A stretch of 64,000 nucleotides of DNA from Octopus sinensis. Lineage: Eukaryota. The stretch spans positions 29,698,001 through 29,762,000 of the forward strand of contig NC_043006.1 of assembly GCF_006345805.1 (NCBI RefSeq), read 5' to 3'. The notes under the pieces are model-generated. The model worked only from the letters and a program-made list of their open reading frames with translations. It searched no databases and was not told where the DNA came from. Position numbers and translations under genes: made by a program. This document shows positions 49,330 through 61,960 of this stretch, one piece after another; position 1 is the stretch's first letter, and the number at the start of each line of letters is the position of its first letter.

Positions 49330-51584
49330 TGTTTCTATCTTGTGCTTTCACTGCACCACCGAACACAGGTCTGTATGCCTTAAGTGTGTGTTGTGGTTTG
49401 TTTTGGTGTAGTTATTTTCACTGTATTGAAAGTACTTCCCATATGATGTGTGCTTGTGCCTAATAGTGCTATTTTCTGCATGTTATATATATATTCATAA
49501 ATCCTGGTGTTTTGGTTATGTATTTGTCTGTATGCTTTTTAATCGCACTTATTATTAGAGGGGTTGTTTCAGTTTTTAGGATCCACTTTTGGGTTATCTC
49601 TATTTCCAGATCTTTATAGTTTGAGTGTTTCCCCGTTTCTTTTAGAGATACACAGCCATCTGTTGGGATTGATGCTTCAATTAGAAAGCATTTTTTCATG
49701 ATGATCTCTGACAACTATATCTGGTCTATTTGCCTTGATTTCTCTCTATCTGTGTGTTTTGGTATATCCCAGAGTATGGTTGCTTTGCCATTTTCTGAGA
49801 TCTTTTCTGGGATATGCTTACATCATCTTTTTTCTGTTGTCATTCCATAATGCTGGCATTGCTTCCAGTGTACATAGGTCCCAACTCTGTCGTGTCTGTG
49901 AATATATTCTTTCTTAGCCTGGACTGGGCAGCCAGAGACAGTATGATTTATTGTTTCTTCCCTGTTACCACATATTCTGCAGTTATATATTATATTTTTC
50001 TTCATTATGTGTTTCTGGTGATTTCTGGTAGGAAGGCTTTGGTCTTGTGCTGCAATTAAAAATCCTCCAGTCCCTGCTTTGAGTCCTGAGCTTCTCAACC
50101 ATTGTTGGGATTTTACTTTGTCTATTTCTTTTCTGCTTAGCATATCCCAGTATTTGCCATGTAAGGGCTTTTCTTGCCATCATTCTATCATGGTATTGTG
50201 TTGTTCTAGTTTTAGTTGAAATTTCAGTTGCTTTCAACATTTTGTTGTTTTCTCTTTTCCTTCATACTCGTCAGGTACTATGATCTCTTTCTTGTATTTT
50301 TCAGTTTCATTAAAGACAAAAAGCAGTTTTTTTGTTTTGCTCATGTTTTGACTGAGTTAGATAATTCTGTAATCCGATGGTGGTTATTTTATAATAGTTT
50401 TCTATTCTAGTTGTATAAAACCTCTACCACCTTCAATTTGTTGTAGGTATAACCTTTCTATGTCATTATTTTTCTTCTCTTCCGGTCTAGTTTGGTTAGT
50501 TCATTCAGTGTCCAATTAAGAATATTGTAACTGTAACTTATAACTGGAACAGCTACAATACTGATATCTATTATCTTGTTTTTAACACTAAGCTCTGTTT
50601 TAAGTATTAATCTAACTTGTCTATAATATTCCTTCCTTATCTTTTCTTTCATCTGTGCGTATTATACCGTATCTAGTTCATCGATTCCTATATGTCTTGG
50701 TTCGGTCTAATTCTCTTAATTCATTTTCTTTATCTAGTGTGATGTTGTTATTCTTAACTAGCTTTCCTCATTTCAAGGTTGCTTTGGCACATTTTTCTAA
50801 ACCAAATTTCATGTTTATTTCTTCATTATGTGTTTCTGGTGATTTCTCGTAGGAAGGCTTATGTCTTGAGCTGCAATTAAAAATCCTTCAGTCCCTGCTT
50901 TGAGTCCTGAGCTTCTCAACCATTGTTGGGATTTTACTTTGTCTATTTCTTTTCTGCTTAGCATATCCCAGTAATGCCTGCAGTAATGTTTCCAGTTGTG
51001 TACCATTTGCAGCATACAGTTTTAGATCATGCATATACAAGAGATGGTTGATTGTTTTACCAAAGCAGTTGTATCCACATTCAGTTTTGTTTAGCATGTC
51101 AATCAAAGATGTGCCAAGTAGAAAAGGAGTGGAGAGAACAAGTCTCCTTGAAATATCCCTCTTCTAATGGAGATGGCTTTAGCTTTTATGATTCCCTCTT
51201 TTACCTGGAGTTGCAGAACTGTATGTCATTTTTTTCTGGCATATTTTATATATTTTATCATTGTTGGTACTACCTTCTTCATAGTTAATGCTTCCAGGAT
51301 CCATGTGTGGGGGATATTGTCAAAAGCTTTTCTAGAATCAGTTCAAGTCATGCTTAGACTCTTTTTCTTTTTTTTTCCAGTTATCTTCAGTTATGGTATT
51401 ATTAACCAATAACTGATGTTTACAGCCATATGAGGTTTTTGCAGCATCCCCTCTGCTCTTCTGGAAACAAGTTTTCTTCTAGTTGTCTGCCCATTCTCTG
51501 TGATATTATTGCAGTTAAGGATTTGTAAGTTATAGGGAGACATGTTATGGATCAGTAGTTTTGTGGCTTTGTTGTTTCAGTGGA
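49330..51584 (-). mobile_element. 5'-truncated R4/Dong-type non-LTR retrotransposon (RT plus CCHC and REL endonuclease)
   Basis: Minus strand: EEQRGC...SYGCKHQLLVN; HLLYMHDLKLY (YMDD-like); CRICGNREETINHTVSGC zinc knuckle; RHDRV; PD-type region ...FLIEASIP...K.SNYKDL. Flanked by (TAA)n on both sides. Confidence 0.9.
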
Positions 51585-51627
<43 letters not shown>

Positions 51628-52076
51628 CTCTATTGTATCTCCTCTAGACCGTCGATTGTCCTGCTAGATATAGCAGTCAAATGTTTTGGGTTTTTTTTCA
51701 AATCCTAATGTTTTGTTTCGGTACAAGGGAAAATGCAGTAAGCCTGAGTAAATCAGAGCCAAACAGACAGACAAGAGACTGGAATGATTTTTTAGCTCTA
51801 TTCAGTCAGGGATAAAACTCACACTTAAATAACAACAACAACAACAACAACAACCTAGAAGTAATTTCACTGGCAACCAGAAATAACAACCTTCCAAACA
51901 AGTAGGAGCAACTCTGAACTTTTATTTAGTCCTTAACTATGGACAGATGAAGAATGTTCAGATTACTTGTTTTGCTTGGGGTAGCAATTTCACCCCACTC
52001 TAAATGATGAAATAAGTCAACCAAAATTCCTTCGAAGAGACTAATGATGAAGAAGAAGGAGACAGATAGAGAGAAA

Positions 52077-52116
<40 letters not shown>

Positions 52117-52455
52117 TATATTTCAATATGGTTAATTTGAAATGGTTTATGCTCCCACCAGCAGAGATTGTGTATGTGTTTATGGCTATTGTACATGTAT
52201 ATTTACACATATCTATATACATACAAAGCCACATATATATAAAACCATACTCACAGAGACGAGAGAGAGAGGACATTCATATACAAAGACTGATATAAAT
52301 ACTGCATTAATATATTCCTACACAGATATTTCATTACATGTTTGTCATCATCATCATCATCATCACCAGCTTTATGTTCTGTTTTTCTTGCTGACATAGG
52401 CTGGATATGACTGTTGTATGAGTACATGTGCACGCATGCATGCACACACACACAT

Positions 52456-52509
<54 letters not shown>

Positions 52510-52929
52510 TTTCTTTTTGTGTTTGATCAAGGCCATTTTTTTCCACAAATGCACAGACAAATGGCATTTAAGCTCATCAGAAGTTTATCATGTCCTGCAA
52601 CAAACCATGCTAAGAGAAAGCAGACGATACAAACGAGAAGAATTGCTGCTGCACCAGACAAATTGCTTGGCAGCATTCCATCTGTCTTTATGCTCTGAGT
52701 TCAAACTCCATTGAGGTCTACTTTGCTTTTCATCCTGTCAGGGTCAATAAAATAAGTACCAGTTGATTACTAGGGTCAATGTAATCAACTTACACTCTTC
52801 CCTGAAATTGTTGTCCTTGTGCCAAAATTACAAACCGATATACAAAGTAAAACAATATATTAAGGTTTTAAGGAAGGATAGGAGAATATTAGATTTATAA
52901 GCCCTAAAATTCACTCCATAATTGCCCAT

Positions 52930-53175
52930 GAGCATACGACATAGTGGTTAAGAGCGTGAGCAACTAACCCCAAGATTCCGAGTTCGATTCCAGGCAGTGA
53001 CCTGAATAATAACAATAGCAACATCAAAAAATACCTTAGGAATGAGAAGCCAGGTTCGAAATTTCCCCAAGACACCTGGTGAAGGCTGGAGGGTATATCA
53101 GCTGAAATGTTGTATTAACAACAAACAAGATAAGGACAAATATCCATCAAATGTAAATAATGTAAATGATGTAAA
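52930..53175 (+). mobile_element. tRNA-headed SINE (S4) with a decayed hammerhead-like motif in its 3' part
   Basis: A-box-like CATAGTGGTTAAG, B-box GAGTTCGATTCC (52980-52991), hammerhead-like motif at 53071-53116, tail of ATGTAAAT repeats. Confidence 0.7.
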
Positions 53176-54067
53176 ACAATGTTTCCAACAAAATCTAAGT
53201 CAAACATAAAATATTAAATTCTTGACTTCATTAAACAAGTCAAACTAGTGATTTGCTAAAATATTGGTTTGCTTTATACTTCATAAAAAAATATCTTTAA
53301 TAAATGTTTTTAAATGCATTGCATCTTCCATGTATCTCCTTTCTACCATTTCATTGGTTTGTTGCAAGAAAGCTATGCACAACTGATAAATTCCCTGAAA
53401 GAATTCACTTCTCTATTCTAAAATCAACCATTCACACATGCAACTAGTAATATTGCATTGGGAAAAAATGGGTGATGAAAATATTGATGGCAGTAGAATA
53501 TTAATGTGAATGCTTTCAGGTAAATAAGTGGGTACCTAACTCTTCTGGGTTTAAATTCTCAGAGGTCAGCTTTGGAATTCCTTTTCAGTCGATGAAATAC
53601 ATAGTTTTATTACCCTGGGACTGATTCAGTTGATTTTCTCTTTTCCCTTAGAATATTCACCTTTTGCTTAGTCAAAGGAATATTCCAAAGGCAAGAATTT
53701 AGAAACTTGTCTTAGTTCACAATTAATACATTGTTCCTTTGAAGAAATGGTTGGTATTGCATAGCAATAAGATATAAGCAGGAAAGATTCCAGGTGGTCA
53801 AAAACTAACAAATGGACAGTCCCTACATTTTTATAAGTGTTCATAAATATGTCAATCTTTTGTCTATACATGCTTTAAGTTTCCTTGAGAGTGTTCATAT
53901 TATTGATCCCACCCCATTGAAGCTGTATATTGAAGCCCACTCTTTATAGTCAATGCACTGATACAATTTCAATCATTAATATGGTAAGATTTAGAAGAAG
54001 GCAACATAAAAGTAAGAGACATTAACTGTATTCTGTGAGAGAGACTGGTTCTACTAACACTTAGTTA

Positions 54068-55440
54068 ATACAGGTCATAACAGAGAAATGTTTATCATAA
54101 TCCTCCAAGCCATAACAGAGGAATTTAAGACTCGCTGCCCTTGTGAGCTCCTCTACACTAATGACCTTTTTTTTATTGCTGAATCACTACCTGAACTAGA
54201 GAGGAAACTTCAAGTGTGGAGACAAAGTTTGGAATCAAAGGGCTTTAGGGTTAATTTAGCAAAGACTAAAGTTCTAGTAAATAGGAAAACAGACAAATTT
54301 CAAATCCCTTCAGGGAGATGGCCCTGCTCAATATGTAAGACGGGTGTTGGTAGAAACTCCATACAATGTACCCAGTGTAAGCTATGGACACATAAGAGGT
54401 GCATCAGTATCACAACAAGGTTAACAGAGAGAGTAGTCTTTGTGTGTGGCAGATGTGCAGGTACAATAAACACTAAGAATGTAGAGAATAGACTTCCTCA
54501 AATATCTGGGGAGGGTCTTTAGAAGTAGTAGATAGCTTCTATTACTGAGGCAACCAAGTAAGCAGTGGAGGAGGAAGTTCTGAAAGCTTAGTTACTAGAA
54601 TAAGAACAGGCTGGAAAAAGTTTCTACCTTTGTTAGTATCAAAGGGCTTCTCCCTCAGAGTGAAAGGTAGATGATGCCTGTGTACAAACAGCTATGGTAC
54701 ATGGCAGTGAAACAGGGGTTATGAGTACAGTGGACATGTGTGGGCTTAAAAGAAATGAAACCAGTATGTTCCTCTGGATGTGTAATGTCAGTGTGCATAT
54801 ACAACAGAGTGTAAATGATTTAAGAGAAAAATTGAGTATAAAAGGCATCTGTTGTAGTAATTCAAGAGAGAAGACTGTGCCGGTATGGTCATGTGATGCA
54901 TATGAAGGAGGACAGCTGCATAAAAAAGTTCTGATCTCCAAATGTGGAGGGAACCTGTGGAAGAGGTAAACCCAGGAAGATGCAGGATGAAGTGGTGAGA
55001 AAAGATCTCCAGACACTGGACTTCACAAAGGAGATGATAAGCGACCAAGACTGCTGACGGTTTGTTGTGTATAAGAAGACATGTCAAACTAAGTAAAACT
55101 GTGGCTGTCCATACATACAGCCATGTCCACTACATCCCTCTCTCAGAAAAAGGTCCTTCACTTGGGAGGCTCACAGGTGCTGGTGTCATATAAAAAGCAC
55201 TCATGCTGATGACATGGAAAACCACACATACCAGGACCACATAAAAGCACCCACGCTGAAGCTGCATAAATGCACCCAGTCTACACTCTGTAATGTGGTT
55301 GGCATTAGGAAGAGCATCCACAGAAACGGTGCTAAAATAGATAATTGGAGCCTGGGCAGCTACCCAGCTGGCTAGTTCCTGTCAAAACATCCAAGCCATG
55401 CCAGCATGGAAAACAGATGTTAAATGATGATGATGATGAT
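54068..55440 (+). mobile_element. RTE LINE 3' fragment including a PHD finger, with (GAT)n tail
   Basis: ORF 54088-54522 LQAITEEFK...LLYTNDL...KTKV...C4HC3 finger, followed by the RTE C-terminus and the tail ending GATGATGATGAT at 55440. Confidence 0.92.
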
Positions 55441-57199
55441 TAGTGCTGGAGTCCTATTTGATTGTCTGAAAAACTAGACTATATCAAAGACAAATAAGAG
55501 ACCAGTTGGCCATGCAACATAATAACTAGCACTAAGTCAACAAGAGTTCCAGTTGGTTTGATCAACCAAACAGCCTGCTCGTGAAATTAACATGCAAGGG
55601 GCCGAACACGCTACAGACATACATACCCTTAATATAGTTCTCAAGGAGGTTCTACGTGACACAGAATGTGACAAGGCTGGCCCTTTGAATAACAGGTATT
55701 GCTCATTTCTGCCAGCTGAGTGGAGAGGGGCAACATGAAATAGAATGTCTTGCTCAAAGACACAGCATATTGATAGGAATCAAACTCATAACTTTATGGT
55801 CCTGAGTTGAATGTCTTAATCACTTAACTCCATATCTTCCTATAGTTGATCGTATACTGCTGCTACACTAAATCACTAATTGAATTTAGTGCTGAACTTG
55901 TGACTTCAGCAAACACACAGCTAAAATGAACTGCTCTTATGAAACTTTCTTCAGCATCTACCCATCTTATTATTATTCATCTGATTACATAGCAAGGGAT
56001 TGTATTAAAAGTTTACTGTAGGTTAACAAAAACAAGATAGAAATCTTGAATCAGAACATATTTGGTACATTTCAAACAGCATCCTATCACACTTTGCACA
56101 AACATTTCAACTCTTCCATTTCTATAACTACCATAAAAATAATTGATTCTCTAAGATTGAAAAATGTTGTTTTCCTATCGTTCAGTAGAGGAAATAGGTG
56201 AAGATCGAAGCCAGATTTATTTGGGGGTTTCTGAATGTGACAGAAGAATAACTCAGACACAATTTGAACTCAATATTATGATCTACAAAAGAGAATCAGT
56301 AACATAACTTGTTTATCAGTTGAAAAGTTGAGGGTACATTGAAGTTAAAACTGAACGACTGAACAAGCAACTTAACAAATGACTATTTTAAAAGAAATAA
56401 ACTCAATAATTCCACCTTTTTAAAATTAAAGAATTACTTGGAAGCATTTTTAAAAACAGTTACATGAATGGTTATATTATATAAAACAAAAATTTTATGG
56501 TAAATGAGTTAAAAATTTATACCTACAAAAATGATTAAGGAAAATTGTCTAAGAAATCTTCAGAAAACAAGGTGGTGCCCCAGTATGGCCACAGTCTGAT
56601 AACTGAAACCAGTAAAAGAAGCAAGAAGGGTGTTAAAAGCATTAGAGAGATTATAAAGTAAAGAAGTGAAATTGATAGTTTGGACTGTGATAGAATTAGG
56701 TGGGAGCTAGATATTGCATAAACAACTGATGTAAGTCAACTGTCAGCAATAGTTAAAGTGAGAGAAAACTAAAGAACATGTGAAATAAACATAATCTAAG
56801 AGAACCAAAACTCAGAGAGGAATTAATGAAGGATGGAGACAATTAAAGAGCTCTCCAGCTGATTGCAACAAATGAGAAATAAAAGAAATATCTAGTCAAG
56901 AATATATGAAATATGATGTTTCAAAAAATATATACAAGGTATCAGAGCTGGAAGGATTTGCATCATTTGAGTTGATCTGTGAGTTAAACTCAAAAGCTGG
57001 CTTTTTCAAAACCTAGGATTACCAAAAATATTCACGTTTTTGACTAAATATTTATTTTATTTTTTCTGACAATATTTAATGTCTGTTTTCTCTTTAAGAT
57101 GAGAGAGATTTGGCTACTGTTTCAAGCAGATTAAGCAACCAAATAAAGGCTCCTGATTGGCTCAAAAACAGCCAATTGATCAGAGATTAAAGTTAATAC

Positions 57200-57336
<137 letters not shown>

Positions 57337-57790
57337 TCATCATCATCATCATCATTTAGCATCTGTTGTCCATGCTGGTATGGGTTGGATGGTTTGTCCA
57401 GGGCTGGCAAGCTGAGGGGCTGCACCAGACTCCAGTCTGATTTGGCATGGTTTCTACAGCTGGATGCTCTTCCTAATGCCAACCACTCCAAGAGTGTAAT
57501 GGTGCTTTTATGTGCCACCAACACGGGTGCCATTTGCATGACACCAGTATCTGCCACAACTGCAATTTTACTTGGCTTGATGGGTCTTCTTCTCAAGCAC
57601 AGCATAATGCCAAACACCTCAGCCATTGCCTCCGTGAGGCCCAACACTCAAAAGGAGCTTTTCCCATGCCACCAGCATTAGCCACTTTGCAGCCATGACG
57701 CCCAATGCTTGAAAGGTGCTTTACACTAAATGATGATGATGATGATGATATCATTATTATCATAGTTTAATGTCTGCTTTCCATGCTGGC
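57337..57790 (-). mobile_element. Two RTE 3' end copies (57337-57720 and 57730-57790)
   Basis: (CAT)n tails and CCATGCTGG..TGGGTTGGA..CTACAGCTGGATGC motifs. Confidence 0.85.
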
Positions 57791-57791
57791 A

Positions 57792-57833
<42 letters not shown>

Positions 57834-57892
57834 TGTGTGTGTGTGTATGTGTGCGTGCGTGTATGTGTGTATATATGTGTGTGTGTGTGTAT

Positions 57893-57950
<58 letters not shown>

Positions 57951-58212
57951 GGTTTACTCCAATCACATCTAAATGAAATGAAAAGCTTGACTCAGCATTT
58001 CTTTTACTTTGATGAGAAATTCTCTTAAATTCATATTTCAAAAGTAATTTATATTTTATATATTTTGATAATGATATATTTACATAAAATAATTGACTTG
58101 TTTTTAAAAAAGCACTGAGAAAGGAATCTCCTATCTTTGCATACAAAAAATGTAATTATATCTGAAGGAAGAAATTGACTTAATGTTATTTAATTTCAAG
58201 ATTGTTTTTTGC

Positions 58213-58243
<31 letters not shown>

Positions 58244-58639
58244 GGGAAGGAGGCAGTGGGAGTGGCAGTGGTGATGATGTTGATGTAAGTTAATGGAAGT
58301 AAATGGAAATCTTTGTGATAAATGAGAAATTAGCTCTCAGGGCTTAGAAATGTTTTCAAATCAGCAATTAACAGGTGTTTTAATGGACAGTTTTCATTTT
58401 ATAATTGCTCAGCTATTTAATTCTCACAAGCTAGAAGTTAAGCTCTGTTTTATTTTGTTTGTTTGTTTTTAATATACTTTGAGATAATGGAACTAAATAA
58501 TTGAAAATATCTACAGCAATAGTAAGCAAGAAAGAAAAAAAAGAAGTCCTGCAGGGAACCACATTACTGTACCACCACCGCCACCACCACCACTACCACT
58601 GAATAATACAACAACCAAAGTGCACTTGGTTGTTTATGA

Positions 58640-58870
58640 TCGACTTTGTTCTGTCTCCCTTTGCAAGCACACACAAGTTGGACAGAAAAAGTGCTTCAAG
58701 AATACACTCAGAGCCTCACTGAGATCAACCCTGACAACTTGGAAATGCAAGTGCAAGACTGCCCTGCCTGGAAAAGCTGCACTAACAGAGGTGTCCCCTC
58801 CTACCAACAGAAGTGGATTGCAGGAGCACAAAGACAATGCAAACCACACAGGTCCTGAGCTATATCCTTG
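58640..58870 (+). mobile_element. RTE-1/BovB-like LINE C-terminal fragment
   Basis: GQKKCFKNTLRASL-INPDNLEMQVQDCPAWKSCTNRG..SYQQKWIA matches the GGQKKRFKDTLKASL...DR..WR motif. Confidence 0.75.
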
Positions 58871-59768
58871 CCTTCGGTCCCAACAAACCACCAGTGCCAC
58901 ACTCAATTTTTAATCCCCGAATAATTTTGTGCTTAAAATTCTGAATTTAAATTTCTCCAAGGTAATCTGTGATGTTCAACCTTTCCAAACCAATCAGTTA
59001 AGTTACCTGAAGAATAATTAGACTGGAATTATTATGTTTAGTGTGTAAGTTATCATTAAGAATCCAATTAGGCAACTGTATGTCCACAGATGTTGTTAAT
59101 ATTCACTAACAGAATCATTAGAATGCCAGGTCAAAATATATAGCAGCATTTCATTTGTCTTTACATTCTGGGTTCAAATTTCACTGAGATCGATTTTACC
59201 TTTCATCTATTTGGAGTTGATTTGGGAAGTACCAGTTGAATGCTGGGGGCTGGTGTAATCAACTTCCCCACCTCTAAAATTGCTGGCCTTGTGCCAAAAG
59301 TTGAAACCAATATAAACCACAGCTATCCAATACCAACAAAGAAACAGTAAGTAAATACAAATCAACAAAGTTTCCCTCAATGTGGTCTCTCAACCTACTA
59401 AAATAGCAACCAGATCTCCCTCAACTCACACCCTACTACATCTGTTCTCAAAAGCTGTGGTGCACCACATTGATGTACTGTAAGGATTATCTAGATGTAT
59501 CACAAATTTTTAAAAATGTAATTTAAGGCTTCAGAAAATCCAGAGTTTAAGGTGCAAGGATCTTGAAATAATGGATTAATTCAGAACACAAGTAGTGAAT
59601 GAATGGTTAAGAAGGTTGTTTCACAAACATAAGCTCCCAGGTTCAATATGACAGCATGGCATTTTGAGTAAATGCATTCACCACAACCTTTTGTTTAACC
59701 AAACCTTAAGAAAAAATTTGAATGCATGGAAACTGTCAGATGGAGAGCAACTGTAGCTCAATGGTCAT

Positions 59769-59832
<64 letters not shown>

Positions 59833-60023
59833 ATGTGTGACTTTCTGCATGCATGTGTATGTGTGAGTGTGTTGTATGCTGAGATTACCAAACCAAACTT
59901 TGGAAATAATCCACGATGTTGTTAAAACTAATCCTGATCTCATCAAAACCTCAAAATATGACAAACTGCCAGAAGGTGACAAAGAATTGTAGAAAGGATA
60001 CTGCAAGCATGACTGTATGATAA

Positions 60024-60810
60024 GAAGTTCTCAACCAAATGGTTCTGGGTTCAGTCCCACCATGAGGTATCTTTGGCAAGTGTCTTCTACTACAACTGCA
60101 TGTCAACCAAACCTTCTAAGCGGATTTGGTAAGTGGAAACTGAAAGAAACCCATTAATTATCATCAGCATCATCGTTTAACGTCCGCTTTCCATGCTGGC
60201 ATAAGTTGGACAGTTTGAGTGAGGCTGTACCAATATGATCTGGCAAGATTTCAATATGATCTGGCAAGGTTCCAATATGATCTGGCAAGATTTCTACAGC
60301 TGGATACCCTTCCTGATGCCCAACACTCCAAGAGTGTAGTAGGTGCTTTTTACATACCACTGGCACAGGGGCCAGTCAGTTGGCACTGATAATGACCATG
60401 CTCGAATGGTGCTTTTACATGCCAGTGGCATGGGTGCCAGTCAGGCAGTACTGGCATCGGCCACGACAATAAGTTCACTTGACTCAGCAGGTCTTCTCAA
60501 GCACTGCATATTGCCCAATGATTGAAAAGTACTCTTAAATGGGCTGATCTCACTTGGCTTGCCAGGTCTTCTCATTTATATATAGAGAGAGATATGTAAA
60601 GCTATGTGTGTGTCCCACCACTTGACAACTGGTATTGGTTTGTTTACATCCCATAACTTAGCAGTTCAGTATAAGTGTCTGATAGAACAAGTACCAGACT
60701 TAAAAACAAAGCAAGAAAAATAAGTCCTGGGGTCAATTCATTTGACTAAAATTCTAAGAGATAGTGCCCCAGCATGGCCACAATTCAATGACTGAATCAA
60801 GTAAAAAATT
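60024..60810 (+). mobile_element. SINE S1 interrupted by an antisense RTE 3' end (60159-60573)
   Basis: S1 head 60024-60153 and S1 tail 60600-60810 flank an RTE tail copy. Confidence 0.8.
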
Positions 60811-61439
60811 CATTCCAGATCAAAATTATGACAATTTTTATGGTTTCTTTGTTAATTTTTCAAAACAGCTGTTAAATTATTTCTATGAAAATCCCTTTGC
60901 TCTGTCTGAAATGCTACACTCCAACAGGGAGACATGTGCCCACCGAAAGAAATAAGGACTTGGACTTTCTTTAGATTGATGAAACAAAAATAGCAAAGTG
61001 TAGAGATTTCCAACAATTGGAAAGGAAAACTAAGTAAAAAGGATAAAAAAAAAAAAACTTTGGACCTCTTGAGAGAAAAAATAGAAAATAAAAATTATTA
61101 ATAAGAAACCAAAGATTTGAAGTAAACAAGAAAGAAACTAAAATGTTGGTATGTTGCTTGTCTAACGATACATTTGGATTATCAATTAATTTACAAAGTG
61201 GAGCTGGGAGTAGTCATAGAATTATTATTATGAAATCTTACTAATTGAAATGCTTGTGAGTAACTCAAGAAATTTATTAATAGTTAAGATAATTAGGTCA
61301 CCTATATAATGGAAATCCAAACTGTACTAATAATGAAAACCAAGTAGGAAATTAATTGGTGACGAATGGTGTGAGGATGAACAATGATACTGTGTAAGCA
61401 GGAGGAATCTTACGAAAGGCAACACCAACAATTTTAAAC

Positions 61440-61442
61440 TAA

Positions 61443-61510
<68 letters not shown>

Positions 61511-61690
61511 GTATTTATTATTTATGTGCATATGTGTGTATTTGTATATATGTGTATGTAATATATACACATGTATGTGCAATATATGTAATACATGTGT
61601 ATGTAATATATACACATGTATGCCTGGCAATGACAGGATACACAGAATATATATATACATAAAATATACATACATATATGTGTGTCTGTG

Positions 61691-61727
<37 letters not shown>

Positions 61728-61960
61728 GGATTCAATCCTAAATCTGATTTTTCCCTGTAAGTTTGGATTTATTCCCTAATATTTATTATTATATATATAT
61801 ATATATAATATATATATATATATATAGATAGATAGATAGATAGATAGATACATAGATACATACATACATACATACTACATACATACATACATACATACAT
61901 ACATACATACATACATACATACACACACACAAACATATATGTATGTATGTTTTATGTATA
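61440..61960. repeat. Compound (TA)n/(GATA)n/(TACA)n microsatellite region
   Basis: Seen directly. Confidence 0.9.

Noticed and set aside
49173-49463. Poly-tyrosine ORF
   Set aside because: Translation of the (TAT)/(TAC) microsatellite.
52930-52995. tRNA-like sequences (also the heads at 17739, 43367 and 63535)
   Set aside because: They have A/B boxes but no complete cloverleaf and continue into repeat bodies; SINE heads, not tRNA genes.
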